Part shown: piece by piece, positions 1 to 13,529 of the stretch | Numbering within the stretch: the stretch's first letter is position 1 | Layout of the letters: each line of letters begins with the position of its first letter | Assembly: GCF_004010195.1 (NCBI RefSeq) | Contig: NC_057719.1 | Location: forward strand, 83,866,388-83,930,387 | Direction: 5' to 3' | DNA length: 64,000 bases | Origin: Chiloscyllium plagiosum | Lineage: Eukaryota | The notes under the pieces: model-generated | Databases searched by the model: none | Seen by the model: only the letters and a program-made list of their open reading frames with translations | What the model was told of the DNA's origin: nothing | Position numbers and translations under genes: made by a program

Positions 1-1181
1 TTGGTTCCAATGTGGACAATGACCTCCTGCTGGTCCCTGTCCCCCGTGAGAACATTCTGCAACCTCTCTGAGACATCCTTGATCCTGGCACCAGGGAAAC
101 AACACACCATTCTGCTTTTTCTCTGCTGGCCACAGAAACGTCTGTCTGTACCTTGGACTACAGAATCCCCTAACACAATTGATCTCTTGGAAGCTGACGT
201 ACTCCTCGTTGCATTAGAGCCAGTCTCAATACCAGAAACTTAGCTTTTCGTGCTACGTTCCCCTGAGAATCCATCACCCCCCACATTTTCCAAAATAGCA
301 TACCTGTTTGAAATGGGTATATCCACAAAAGTCTCCTGCACTAGCTGCCTACCTCTCCTACCCTTCCTGGAGTTAACCCACCAATGTGACTGTATTTAAG
401 ACATTCCCCCCTTCCTATAATTGCCATCCATCACATACTGTTGATGTTGCAAATTCCTCATCGCTTCTATCTGTCTCTCCAACTGATCGACTCAATCTAA
501 TAAGATTCGCATCCAACAGCATTTATGGCAGATATAATCCACAGTAACCCTTAAACTCTCTTTAAACTCCCACATCTGACAAGAAGCGCATATCACTCTA
601 AGAAAGGCCATTTTTGCTCCTTCACAATCTACCGATCCAGAAAATAATACCGTCTTATTCCTCTACAAACTCTGCTCCAGGTTAAATTAATAGCTATGGC
701 TTATATTTTAAATTTAATCAAGAGACAGAAACATATAATCAAGAAAGAATCCATTGTACTCACTGCTGCAGCCTTTCTCTTGGACAGACTTAAAACAACA
801 ATTAACTTATCTGATTCTCTGCTGTGAACTTCGCCCAACAGTTCCTCCAAGATTAGTTGTGAATTTCACTGTTTGTTAATTTTCCCAGATGCATTCCAAT
901 GTCCAGCGATACACAAATTCAAACAGCAAAGGGGGTAACTGTGCAGGTTCCCCCTCTCTCTCTCCTGAACTATCCTCACCATGTGCTTCCTTTGTCTGCT
1001 CTTCTCCCTTTTAAACTGCTGCTGTTTTGACTTTTTTTCCCCAAAGTTCCAAAATGATGTAACAGTATATAAAACAGTAATTGCTGCTCCTGGAATTCGA
1101 GGAAATCACCTCCAACACATAAAATACCTCAAAGAAAGGAGCAGCTCTTACAGCCAGAAATTTTTCCCGTCCTCCATCTTG
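1..1181 (-). mobile_element. CR1-clade LINE 5' end: 5'UTR plus disrupted ORF1 (Cys-rich N-terminus and SGNH esterase); runs off the window
   Basis: From ATG at 611 the minus strand reads MAFLRVICASCQMWE...YICHKC, with an in-frame stop and a frameshift. It then reads IVLGDSVVQGTDRRFCG...VCCFPGARIKDVSERL...VIVHIGTN, containing the GDS/PGA/GTN esterase blocks. Confidence 0.88.
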
Positions 1182-1183
1182 AA

Positions 1184-1610
1184 TTCTGGGATTTAAAAAG
1201 GGATTGCTCAGACTGGGCCTGTGCTCACTGGAGCTTAGAAGAATGAGAGGAATCTCGTGAGAAGATATAAAAATTTTGAATAGAGAGATGATGTTTCCCC
1301 TGCCAGGGGTCTCCAAGACAAGGGGTCATGGTTTTAGGGAAAACGATTGGCCATTTCAGACTGAGATGAAAAGAAATCTCTTCACTCAAAGTGATGACCC
1401 TATGGAACCCGCTATCATGTAAACCTGCAGAGGCCAAGTCACTGACGATATATTAGTAAATAATAAATGTATGAAGGCTAAATATGTCCCAAAATATAGA
1501 GTAAGAACAGGAGTACGACAGGCATGAGACAGAGGATCAGCCATGTTGAATGATAAAGCTGGTTCAATTGGTCAAGCGGCCTACTCCTGATCCTATGTTT
1601 TATGTTTCTG
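1184..1610 (+). mobile_element. Degraded CR1 3' fragment
   Basis: Contains the LGLCSLELRRMRG-like ORF2 C-terminus, and the 3'UTR ends ggcctactcctgatcctatgttttatg. Confidence 0.75.
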
Positions 1611-2169
1611 TTCTAAGTCATTATTTTGCACTTCTCCCGAATATCCCCAATTCATTCTATGCTCCAGTTCTCAATTTAACTCAATAGCAGGATTAAGGTG
1701 TTGTACTAATTGAATAATTCTTTCAAAGAGTCAAGGTAGACACAATGACAGAAATGGCATTCTTCAACGTCATAACAAGCGCAAGAACTCAGCTCTAATC
1801 ATTAAAAGAGGACACTAAGGTTTAGATTTGGTTTTTTTGCAACAGCTTCAACTATGATAGATGACAGCTGCCAAGCTGCGAGTTGCAAGCTCTTTCAGTT
1901 TCTGTGCAGTTACATTTCTTGTAGTTAAAACTCTTTAGTGAGAACACTCCAATTCAGAAATATGGTGATTTCAACCTAACAGAGTGAACATGAGCAAGAG
2001 GTCAACAACGCATGTTGGCCTCTACTGCTTAACACTGTAGGGTCATGATAATTCCAAGTACACCAGATTGCCATCCCATCAGAACTAGACTGTTTGCTAA
2101 TGCTTCTATGAAGTGACTAGGATGCAATGTAAAGGCAACATGTTGTTGTTGAGGAAAATATAATCAAAG

Positions 2170-2340
2170 ATAGGTTTGCATTTATATAGAGCCTTTCATG
2201 ACCACAAACCTTTACAGCAAATGAAGCACCTTGTTGGAGTGCAGGCTCTGTTGTATATAGGAAACATAGCGCCTAACTTGTACTCAGTAAGCCCCCACAA
2301 ATAGCAATGCAGTACTGACCAGAAGATCTGTTTTAATGGG
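2170..2340 (-). mobile_element. DeuSINE/L2-type 3' tail fragment
   Basis: Begins ttgcatttatatagagcctttcatgacc, the reverse complement of the tail of the copies at 10370 and 42550. Confidence 0.6.
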
Positions 2341-2949
2341 GTTTGTGTGTATGGAAGCAAGGTAAATGTCAATCACAAATTAAAGAAGCTCTGGAAATAT
2401 TGTTTCCTGCTGCTAAATATGGATGATTTGGTACAGGGACGTAATAGAAAAAAATACATACCAGCAATTAACAGTAGAAAATGACACTCAGTACCACGTG
2501 TACAAATGCACCCATGGGGAAACTTGGGTGCACTGTGCATGTTCTATTAAAAACAGCACCTGACCAGAATAGTATTGTGCAAATAAAAAAGTATTTGCAG
2601 GAAGCTATGTTTGGGCATCATTGTGAAGTGACCGAGGTCCTTTGGGCCCCTGTGGGTTCCTGTCCTATGACTGTTTCCATTGAGAGCAGTCACCCCAAGC
2701 AGGAAGTGGTGGGCCTAATTATAGAGAAGAGTTCACTGCTTCAAGTCAGGTCTCAGTAGAGCAATATGCACACATCATCTTGGCCTGGGGAGGGTGGTGT
2801 CTAAGTCATGCGCCACCTATAACTACATCATTATATTAAACACTGAAGCTTTTCTCAGAGAGGCATTGCCTCCATATTTCCTCCCTATTGCTTCTGTAAC
2901 CCTCCTCTCCTCTTGGGAAGGAATAATTGGGGGATTTTAGTGTTGGAAA

Positions 2950-3530
2950 ACTACAACTTACAATTTCTACAGCGCCATTTAACGGAGCGAGAGAGTAATG
3001 AGAGCACTGTCAGAAGCAGTTAATTTGCACCTTTCACAAGCTCAGCACATCAGAAAATGTTTTACAGCAAATGAAGCATTTTGAAGTGTAGTCGCTGTTG
3101 TAGGCAGTACTAGGTCAGGTGACAAGAAGCTTGCTTAAAGAGGTACGTTTTAAAGGACACCTAAAAACGGGATGAAAGGTGAAGAGGCTTTGAGGTTTAG
3201 GAAAAGAATTCCAGAACTTAGAACCAAGATAGCCGAGGGAATATTCATCAATAATGGAGTGATAAAAACTGTGGATGCACAAATCCAGAGTTGAGGGAAC
3301 GCAGAGATCTGATGACACTAAGACACAGGAAGGGGTTGACAGCAATGATGGAGAGATAGAGTTGGGTGTGGTCAGAGTGCACAGGGAAAGTGATCCCATA
3401 TCCATGGACTATATCATCAAGGGATTGCATGTTGTTGAGGACACAAGGAGGAACCAAAAATTGAATCCTGGAGAATTCCAAAACTGATGGCTCGATGGAA
3501 AGAAAGCCTTGGGTGAAGATATACTGGCTG
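2950..3530 (-). mobile_element. L2-like LINE 3' region with an embedded DeuSINE tail piece
   Basis: Contains gaggtttaggaaaagaattccagaacttag, a motif shared with other L2 3' ends in the window. Confidence 0.6.
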
Positions 3531-4165
3531 GATGAGTCTTCAATAACAACAAAGTTCAGTACTTAATAAATTTACTAATAGCTGATGTGAAATGTAAAAA
3601 TGTCATGATCTGAAGTAGGATGTTGCTTAAGGTGCAGAGTGAAGGGAACTTTACCCCAAGCTAGGCCCTAGCTAGCCTGGGAGAGGCAATTTTATTTAAT
3701 TTCTGACCTACTGTCATATTCGGCTTGGAATGTGCATAATGGGAGAACACAGAAGAAGCTTCCTTCTCATCTGTATTGTACACGGCTGTGTTTTCAGACA
3801 GTAAAGTTTGTCTCCCCTTGGATTCCAGCATCTGCAGTTTCTTTGTCTCTCGTAAGCAAACAGATATTTGGACAGGTGTGGTAAATATTTTCAACCAATA
3901 CAGAGCAACGACTATCAATCAGGATGATGAACTACTTAGTCAATATAGTGGGTTATACGTAAGATGAGGTTAAACTGGTACCCTGCTTCAGTTAGGCCAT
4001 TATTCAGTTCGGTCATCTAAAATCCAGAGAACATTTGAACAGTTCAAAGAGTCATTGACGCATCTTCCTACCTCAGGGGTCAGAGTTATAAAAAGAGACT
4101 AGCCAAACTGGACCTTTTAAACGGAGTAGGAGATGTCTTAAAATTGGTCTCAAAGTTGCATTTCA

Positions 4166-4590
4166 CAGAATATATACCACAGATTCAGGCCATTCAGCTC
4201 AACGAGTCCACATCAATCTTTATGTTCCACTCATGATTCCTTCTCTACTTCCTTATTTAGCCATTAGAATAGGCATCTATTCCCTTTTCCTTCACATACA
4301 GCTCCCCCTGACATGCACCTATACCATTTCCCTAAATGGCTCCCGTTCACAGTGAGTTCCATAATTTCAACTTTCTCTGGGTACATGTCACCTCCAAATT
4401 CTCAATTTGACTCTGCACTCACTAGCTTACATTGATGGCTTCTGCTGTTTCTGTTGTCCGACAAGTGGTAAACATTCTCTCTGTGTCCACTCTGCTAGAA
4501 CCTTTGATAACTTAAGACCATAAGGTGACCATCAGCCTTGCTTCTTTAAGATAAAAGAGACTGAGTCTATTCACCCTTTGCTGATATATA
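4166..4590 (-). mobile_element. Degraded CR1 3' end
   Basis: Has the caggccattcagctc tail and a decayed ORF2 C-terminus on the minus strand. Confidence 0.65.
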
Positions 4591-4984
4591 GAATCATAGG
4601 ATTTTACAGGGCAGAAGGAGGCCATTCAACACACTCTCCTGGCTCCTGAATGAGCTACTGCACTAGTCCCATTCTCTAGCCCTTCTTCTGACGCCTCTAA
4701 ATTCATCACTGTCAAATGCATCTCCAGCACTCTTGAAACCTATGGAATCCACCTCCACCACTCTCCCAACCAGAATATTCCAAATCCTATCAATTCTCCG
4801 AGTAAAGAAGTTTCTACTCAACTTACTCCTTGCTCTCTTGCTGACAATATTGAAATTGAGGTCGTAGCTACTGACATCCAGACTAGTAGAAACAGAATAT
4901 CCTTCTAGGCCTTGTCAAAATTATTCATAATTTTGTACACCTCAATGAGATCACCCCTTACTCTTCCCTGCTCCAAGGGGAATA

Positions 4985-5335
4985 GAGAGATGGCCTAGTG
5001 GTACTATCACTGGATTGTTAATCCACAGACCCGGATAAAGTTCTGGGGACCTGGGTTTGAATCCCGCCATAACAGATGGTAGATTTGAAGTTAATACAAA
5101 ATCTGGAATTAAGACTCTAAATTATGACTACGAGCCATTGTTGACTGTTGTAAAAAACCATTTGGTTCACTAATGTCCTTTAGAGAAGGAAACAGCCATC
5201 CTTACCTGGTTTGGCCTGCATGTGACTCCAGACCCACAACAATGTGGTTAACTCTTAACTGGCGTCCGGGCAATTAGGGATGGGCAATAAACGCTGGGCC
5301 TAGCCAACAATGCCCTCATCCTGTGAGTGAATAGA
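4985..5335 (+). mobile_element. tRNA-derived SINE (second family) sharing its 3' tail with the LINE at 9068
   Basis: Has an A box (tggcctagtggt), a B box (gggtttgaatccc) and the tail gggcaataaacgctgg...catcc. A second copy lies at 52873-53190. Confidence 0.8.
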
Positions 5336-6019
5336 TAAAGTCCAATTCCTCGAATCTTTCCTGATATTCAAAATCCCTCATTCCAGGAAGCATTCTTGTA
5401 AATCTCCTTTACACTGTCTTCGGGGCTTTAACGTGCCAAGGTGCCCAGACTGAAGTCTGAATTCGGTCTGACCAGGATCCTAGAAACTTTCTTCACTATT
5501 TCATGGGCTTCTGTGAAGCCTGAAGCTTCACAGAATTATGCACTTGAACCTCAAGGTCTTTCTGCCCCTGTACTCCCCTCAAAAATTGTACCATTGTCCC
5601 TGTAGATTCTCTCCATGTTTCTTTGGCCAAGATGCATTATCCCACATTACCCTGCATTGAGATTCATCTGCCAAGTTTCTACACATTTGGCCAACTTGGA
5701 TCAGTGTCATCCTCATAATTCATTATTCTCCCTAACGTGGTTGTGAGATTTTGCAAGTTTGGAGATTTTGCCTTGAACACACATCACCAAATTGTTTATA
5801 TAAATCGGAAAAAACAAAGGTCCTAATCCATGAGGAAGACCACTTTCAACTTGGCTCCAGTCCATAGAAATGCCCATCTATACCGACCCTCGGTTTCCCA
5901 TTTTTGTTTTGCCAATATCTAAGCCATGCTGCCAAGAACCCAACAATCACAAACATTCCTAATTTGCTGACCAAACTGCCATGTGACATCATATCACATG
6001 CTTTCTGAAAGTCTAAATA

Positions 6020-6193
6020 CAGAGGAACCTCGATTATCCAGCATTCAATTATCCGAATATCGGATTATCCGGTAAGATCGCAAGGCCCCGATGCTTGGTG
6101 AAACTACATTATCTGGCATTCGGTTATTCAGAAATTGATTAACTGAACAAAATACTCCCCAGCTGTGTCCTTTGGATAATTGAAGTTCCTCTG
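6020..6193. mobile_element. Tc1/mariner (Tigger/pogo-like) MITE
   Basis: TA|CAGAGGAACCTCGATTATCC...GGATAATTGAAGTTCCTCTG|TA gives ~20-bp TIRs and a TA duplication. It is inserted in the CR1 RT region. Confidence 0.88.
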
Positions 6194-7179
6194 TATACAA
6201 CATCCACACCACTACCCTCATCCACTGCCTGTGTCATCTCGTCAAATAACTTACTTAAATGTCAGACATAACTTGCCCTTGACAAAGCCATGTTGACTGT
6301 CTAGTATCACCATATTTTTCTCAATCCAGTATTATGACCTCCATTTGTTTTCCCAATAATGATGTCAAGCTGACAGGTCCATAGTTTCCTGGGTCATCCT
6401 TTGCCCTTTTCATAAACAATAGCATCACATTTGCAATCCTCCAGTCCCCTGGGATTAATCCTGTGTTCAGGCCTGGAAAATTTCTGTCAAGGGCTCCTCA
6501 ATTTGCTCCCATTGCTCTCTCAGCAATGTAGGATGCATCCCATCTGGGTCTGGTTCTGCCAGCCTTTTAAGCACCTCTTCTTTACCCATCACTATACTGC
6601 TCAGTTGCTGAACACTCACACTGCCACCATTTTCTAATTTGGTAAAATCAGAAGTTCCCATTTAGTACCTCTGCTATAACCTTGGCTTCAGTGAGCACCT
6701 TACCCTGCTAGCTCTTTATGGGCTCCACTCTATCTTTCATTAATGTGTTTAAACAATGTGTTACTATTTGTTTAGCGCAGCCTGCCATCCTTTCCTCACG
6801 ATTCCTCTTAGTCTTCCTTGTTCTAGCCTTAGCCTCTCTCCTGAGCTGCTTTTCCTGATTTCTATTGCTATTATTTCAGTATGCGTCGTATGCCTCCTTT
6901 TTCTTCCTTATTTTCTGATCAATATCTTTAGTCATCCAGAGTACTCTAACTTCGGATACCTTGTAGTTATTTCTCATGGGTATGTACCTAGCTTGCACCC
7001 AGAGCTTGCATCTCTGTTTTGAAGGTTTCTCATTTTTCATCCACTGTTTTATCCACCAAAATGTATTTCCAATCAACCTGCTCCAGTTCAACTTTTAGGC
7101 TTCTAAGATTCACCCTTTTCCAGTCTGGGATCTTAATCCTTGACTGATTTTTATGCTTGTGCAACTTAATATTGAACCA

Positions 7180-7345
7180 TATGGAATGCCCTCTCTAATG
7201 GCATTGTGGGTCAACCAACAGCAGGTAGACTGCAGTGGTTCAAGAAGGCAGCTCACCACCACCATCTCAAGGACGAGTAGGGACGGGCAATAAATGCTGG
7301 CCAATCAGTGATGCCCACATCGCACAAAAATGAATTTAAAAAAAA
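7180..7345 (+). mobile_element. 3' tail of a CR1/L2-group LINE
   Basis: Reads gcagtggttcaagaaggcagctcaccacc...gggcaataaatgctggcc and ends in an A-rich run; same tail as 9700-9858. Confidence 0.8.
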
Positions 7346-7874
7346 TTATGATTGCTATTTCCAAACGTTCTCAAATCTGATGCTGGTTTGTAATCCAAGC
7401 AATTCTGATAACTTATATCATTCCACAGAACAGTATTTGATCGTTCTCCTCTCTGATTAGCATCACACTGTGTACTGCAATAGTCTGCAGGCTGAAGCAG
7501 GCCTAATCAAGTCTAATCCAATCCCCAGATTGGCCTTGACCAATTCCCTGGTTTTTATTAGGTAGTCCCCACCCCCAACATCAAATATATAATCAAACCA
7601 AATGGTAACCTTACTGACCACCATTTCCACATTTTGAATTATTTAATTTTATCGGCAGAGAATAAAAAAAACGTGGGCTGAATTCTTACGGGTTTTCTGG
7701 CAAAATGCAAGCTGTGGCAAGTTTAGCGGAGCGATTCCTGCTGCAAGGCTGAGAGAGCTTTCTCATTATATCTCACCAAACTCTCTGCATTAATCAGCAT
7801 TTCACTCCTCGGGCTGAGAATCTCATACAATTTCCATCTTATCACACACGCCTCTCACACAGCAACTTGCCTAC

Positions 7875-8270
7875 ATGCACCATCACAGAATCAACTTTGA
7901 CAAATATCATCGGGGTTCCTTTGGAAATGCTGGCATGATACATTACCGTCTCAAGAAGAATCAGTTATTCTGTCCGATTAGAAATCTGGATAAGCTGTGG
8001 ATGCTGGGAGTAAACAGACCCGATTAAACTGTGCCAAGAAACCCAAAGGACCAGCAACTATTATTGACGTGGGACATACTCGTTACTATAAAGTTCCGGA
8101 CAAAGGCAGGCTGCCTAACCAAGCAGTCATTGTCAAAGCCAGAAAGCTGAAGTGAAAACCAAAGAAGTTGGTGGAGACTGTATATTTATGGCATAGGTTT
8201 TATAATTTGGTGTACTAATTTAGTACTGTCACTTTTATCAGTGTGCTGTTTCTTTTAATAAAAATAAAAT
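7875..8270 (+). pseudogene. RPL27A: Processed pseudogene of ribosomal protein L27a, 5'-truncated
   Basis: Translates [44 protein letters not shown], then after a frameshift [44 protein letters not shown], then after a small deletion [17 protein letters not shown] (TAG 8194-8196). It is intronless, with a 3'UTR carrying AATAAA at 8257 and 8263. Confidence 0.95.
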
Positions 8271-9067
8271 GCATGCTCAAAGTATATTAAATGGAGTTAG
8301 CCTATTCCTCTTGCAGCTGACACCTACTGCTCTGTGCTTGGTCATCTCTTGTGCGCTCATCTAGAGGTCAGCTGAAACTACTTGTGCTGATTACTTTCGT
8401 CAAAGCAAATATGCAGTTTCATTTTAGCCACTGAGGCAGTATCCCTGGCCCCAGTGCCATCTTTAAAAGCCCACAGTGCAACCAGACAAGCACTGTCAGT
8501 CCAGAGCTGCTCTGCACAGTTCCTGGCATTTTGGGGGGGGGGGGCGCGGGTGGTCAGCGGTGGATTAGCATCCCACTTTGTGCGCATGCTCCTGGATGGA
8601 GACGCTCCTGGACGGGGTAGTGGACAGACAGGACATCTGATTATTCAAGACAAGGAGTAGAAATCATGGCACTGGACTTTGCCAGTCTGCTTCAAGGTTG
8701 CCACCTAAGGTTATAGCAGTCTCAGCCGTCTGAAGGAATGCATAACAATGAAGGAAGATGTAGTTCTATATATATTTTACATGTATTTTATATATTACAT
8801 GTGTTATGGGCGTTCACAAAACTGGCTCATGACAAATGCCAACGTTGGGTGCGTGTGGCAGGTACCCAGAGAGCATGCCGAAGAAGTTGGCGACCTGTGT
8901 CGAACATGGACGTCTTTTGGAGCAAACAGTAAGTTGAATCCGTCAAGAACCCACTCTACCTTCCATGTCAAGTTTTCCTGAAGGCTAGTTTGTACAGTTG
9001 GTAAAATCACAGATGTATTGGGTTGGACTGCTAACAAAGTATTTAGAAACAATATTCTGAAACATTC

Positions 9068-10242
9068 CATGTTCACATGCGGCATGTCCTGACCAAGATT
9101 CAAACTTGGGCTGACAAGTAACATTCATGCCACATAAGCGCCAGACAATGGTCATCACCAAGAAGGGAGAATTTAATTATCTCTTCTCGACATTCAATGG
9201 CATTGCCATCGGCTGAATCCCCCACCAACAACATTCTTGGGGTTACCACTGACCAGAATCTCACTAGATCAGCCACTTAAATACAAGAGCAGGTCAGAGG
9301 TTGGGAAATCTGCAGCGAGTAACTCACCTCCTGACTCCCAAATCTATTCCACCAACTAAAAGGCTCAACCAGGAATGTGGTGGAATACTCTCAACTTGTC
9401 TGGATAAGCGCTGCTCCAAAACATAAATATCAGACCCAAACAATACCATCCAAACCCATGCATCCCAATTGATTGTTATCCAATCTTGAACCCTGATGTA
9501 CTGATGCACTGCAGAAATTCACCAAAGATTCTTAGACGTCATCTTCAATACCCACTGCTAATACCATCGAGAAGGGCAAGGGCAGCAATCATGTTTATGT
9601 TACCCAGTATTACCACCCAAAAGTTCCCCTTCAATCCACTCATCATCCTCACTTAGAAATATATCACTGTTATTTCAGGGTTATTGGGACAGAATCTTAG
9701 AATTCCCTCCTTAACAGCAGTGTGGATCTACCTATAACATACAGACTGCAGCAGTTCAGGAAGGCAGCTCACCACCACTGTCTCAAGGACAACTAGGGAT
9801 GAGTGATAAATGCTGACCCGGTCAATGAAACCTACGTCCCACAAATGAATAAAAAAAATTAAACATAAAACCCATTCCATCATGCCAACCATCTAGGAAA
9901 TGCATTGCAGCAACTTACCAAGGCTCCTTAGACAGCACTTTCTAAACCCTCTATCACCCAGAAAGTCAAGGGTACCAAAAAAATGGGGACACCAGAACCT
10001 GCAAATTTCTGTTCAAGCCACATACTAACCTGACTTAGAACTAATATTGCCATTTCTTCAAAGCTGCTGGATCAAACTCCTGCAATTCCCTCCCAAGCAC
10101 CTCTGGGTGCATTTAACAACCACCGATAGCAGCAGTTCAAGCTGGCAACTTAACATCACATTCTCAACAGAACATAGGGTTGACCAATAAATGCTGGTCA
10201 CACCACGGTCTCTCAGATCTCACTAATGAATTTTAAAAAAAA
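9068..10242 (+). mobile_element. CR1/L2-group LINE 3' portion plus a second tandem 3' fragment (9870-10242)
   Basis: Decayed IQ.WADK..F.PHK..., LGVT.DQ.L and AGQRLG.L.R motifs, with two successive tails ending in aatgaat and an A-rich run. Confidence 0.75.
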
Positions 10243-10369
10243 ATCCCAGGACACAGCATGACATTTAAAAATGGTGTCACTTATGAGTAAGAATTTTTAC
10301 GTGGCTAGTCCTCCTCTAAAGAGTCCTTGCTAAACTTGGTCTCAATTGTAAATCATTGGGCAATTTTCT

Positions 10370-10742
10370 TTTGCCTTTGAGTTAGAAATTCTAGTTCGGG
10401 TTCTACTCCGAAGACCTGAGAACGTTACCCCAGGCTGTCACTCCAGTGCAGTGAGTAACATGATCTCTCAAATGAAATGTTAAACCAAGGTCCACCCTGC
10501 CCTCAGAGGTGGATGTAAAAATTCCAAGGGATTATTTCAAAGAAGGGGAGATTGACCTAGTGTCTGGGAAATAATTATGCAATCTAACACCTATAAGAGA
10601 TGACCTGCTGTTTGTGAGATGTTACTGTGCACAAAGTGTATGGTGTATTCCCCTACATTGCAACACTTCAAAAATTGCTGCACAGCACTTTAGGAGATCC
10701 TGAGGCTGTGAATGGTGTTGCATAAAGACAGGTTTTTCATTA
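10370..10742 (+). mobile_element. DeuSINE (SacSINE1-like)
   Basis: Deu-domain-like gttaaaccaaggtcc...ggtggatgtaaaaattcc...aagaagggg and an L2-type tail. Confidence 0.7.
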
Positions 10743-10894
10743 ACGTTCGAATCACAGTTTTGCTGCACTTGTAGAGTAAGTCTAAGTTTACCTTTTGTAC
10801 AAATCCAATTCACTTCATCGGTTATAATTTGTATTATCCTTAAATCTATAGTTTTAAATCCTGTAGTTGCCAGACTTGAGCAGCGATTAGTTTT

Positions 10895-11112
10895 TCATTA
10901 ACGTGAATTCGCTGTAATGCGTATTTCATTAATGAGAATTCGCTATAACACGACTGAGGACACTGTTTTTAAAGCGCAAACTTTTAAAGCATGTATTGGC
11001 TATAACGTGACTCCGGCCCTGTTAGTTTAGATGGTGCTGCTATTGCATGATTTTCTTATCACACGGGGTTGCATGAGAACGGAACCACCGCATTATAGCG
11101 GAACCGACTTTA
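10895..11112. mobile_element. Tigger-like MITE remnant with only one TIR recognisable
   Basis: Internal cgctataac-type subrepeats and the terminus cgcattatagcggaaccgact..ta. Confidence 0.5.
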
Positions 11113-11499
11113 CTAGAATTTTCTCTACATTTACCTTTGATGCAGTACTTAAAAAGCTGACAGTTTAATGAAGCAATTCAGGCAGTTTGTCAAATTTTAA
11201 TAAAACGCTCACCTGCACATAAGAAACACTCAGAAATAACCTACTCCTCCTCACTGTACTTCAGAAAAGACTTTGAAAAATCCGACATGCATGAATCCCC
11301 CTGCCCCCACATCAAACGTCACTTGGGCTGGCAATTCAACAACTGCATCAATCTCAGCCCACACACTAGAAATTCCCCTGACCTCCACTGCAGAGCTACA
11401 CATAGGATTCCACTCAGCAAAATGTTAAATACATCTGAACATTAACTACATGTGGCATTCATTACAACCTCCCCTCAAAAGTAAATCCATTGCCCAGGG

Positions 11500-11738
11500 T
11501 CATAGAATCTCTATAGTATGGAAGCAGGCCATTCGATCCAGGGAGTCCACACCAACTCTCTGAAGAGCATCCCACCCAAACCACATCCCGACCAATCCTG
11601 TCCCTGTAACCCTGCATTTTCCATGGCTAATCCACCTAGCCGGCACACCCCTGGATACTTTGGGCAATTTAGCACGGCCAGTCCACCTGACCTGTACTGT
11701 GGGAAGAAACCGGAGCATCCTGAGGAAACCTGCGCAGA
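11500..11738 (-). mobile_element. HE1 V-SINE, 5'-truncated
   Basis: Matches the V-domain and tail of the other HE1 copies. Confidence 0.85.
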
Positions 11739-13529
11739 CTTTTGGAAACTTGATCATCTGCCTTCTCTCTCCTTTCATCAACTCCAAAGATTTAGCCGAA
11801 GAAAATAAGGAGGTACTTTGTGGATATTGCACTGATTGGCTCAGAGGACAAAGCAAGAAAAAGGAGAAGTTTCTGAGCCTTATTGCAAGTTCAGGAGATT
11901 GGTTTTTAGCTACAAGGAAAATGCTAACCAAGTATCTCACCTACATCTGGAGCACTGAGGCCAACCTTCAGTTCATGTTGATTGCACCACAAGTTTAATG
12001 CTTACTATGAAAGGCAGCACCTCCAAAATGTATCCCTATGGGTGTTCCAAAGTCTGCAATGGAACATGAACCCAAAGGCTTCAGGCTCAGTTATGGAAAC
12101 ACAACTTGCTGAGCCAGAACCAAGAATTGATTAGTGAGAGGATGGATGCTAGTGAAGTGCCTCAGCATGAACTATAGATTTAGTGTTGGCAAGCTGCTGG
12201 ACACACTCCAGTACTCTCAACTGAGGCAAAGTCCAGCAGAGAAATCTAGGGTGACATTCCTCTGAAGGGTGTTTTTCAAGATTCCATCTCTTGGACGACA
12301 CATTAAATGCAACTCATTTTGTTCTCTATTTTGCTCTCTTAGATCAACAAAAAGGAACAATAGCGCGAACATGTCCCTGCCAAGTTATTGTCTTACCGTG
12401 TTCCAGAATAGTGTGTCTCAATTCATGCTTTTGATGAAAAGGAGGTTGTGAATTTAACTTCCTACTTTTCCGATACATTATGCTATGCTCCACAATAGCA
12501 GACTTGAACAAGGTAAAAGCGAAGGAAGATCAGTATCATTCCAAACCAGCAGAGGTTACAATAACAGCTACAGAGTACACAAGTTATGAGTCTCTCGTGT
12601 GGACAGTCAGTTGGATTCATGGTCAGAGTGGTCAAGGCCAGGTTCTTGAGAAATCATTGCCTTGCAATCCAATCTTGTGGAGACAGAATATGTAACTGTA
12701 TAGAAACAGAAATACATTCGTTCCTAAACGTTCAACAGAGTTCACTAGCTCTTCAGGAGAGCAGGAAGGGCTGGGTTTCTTAATCACCTTTAGTAGAGTT
12801 GAGAACAGATGGGTGGGGTGAAATCACCATAATAAGTATTTCTGTTTATCAAAGGTGAAGTTACAGACTCAAAGGCAGATGTACTGTAATGGATTAATGT
12901 GAATATGGAAATAGGGTAGTTTATATCTTCACTAGGTAAGATCACATGGCTACTATGAAATAGTTCTCTCAAGCAGCCTTGCGACAGTGGTGAAATCTTA
13001 ACATATATAGTTAGTGTTTGGTATACATAAACAGAATGCTTGACCCAACAACAAAGATTCTGGCAATATTTACCAAGCTTTCTCTTGGACATAACCAGAG
13101 TTTAGGACACTAGTACAAAAAAACAAATCGTTTGTCAGTAAGGTTATCAAAGAGCATGATGCAAAGGCAGGATTAAGAATTAAAGAGCAGCCTTTAAGTA
13201 ACTGAATGGCAGAAAGACTAGAGGGGCTGAATAGCCTCTGTTTCTGTCTCTGAACAGCATTGTGGAATTTGCATACAATACATACATCACCACCATCAAC
13301 TTAACTGGTCTATGTGGTTGAGTGCAAGAACATGCAATGGGGCTTTATTAATCAGATCAAATTTCACATGCAAATGTACAACATCAAATCACAAATAAAA
13401 GAGAAAGACACAAAGCAATAAGTCCTTCGGCTGACACACAAGCAAAACCTTCATTGCATTTCATGAAAATTTTCCTGAACAAAATCAACTCAAAAAAAAG
13501 GTGACAACCACTCCTGTTCATTTCTCAGG

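Larger units (their letters stand above)
4592..7560 (-). mobile_element. Long degraded CR1 ORF2 (RT region to 3'UTR) interrupted by a SINE, a MITE and a LINE tail
   Basis: RT motifs on the minus strand include PDPDGMHP, NYGPVSLTS, QHGF and YLDFQKA; the 3' tail is at 4592. Confidence 0.8.
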
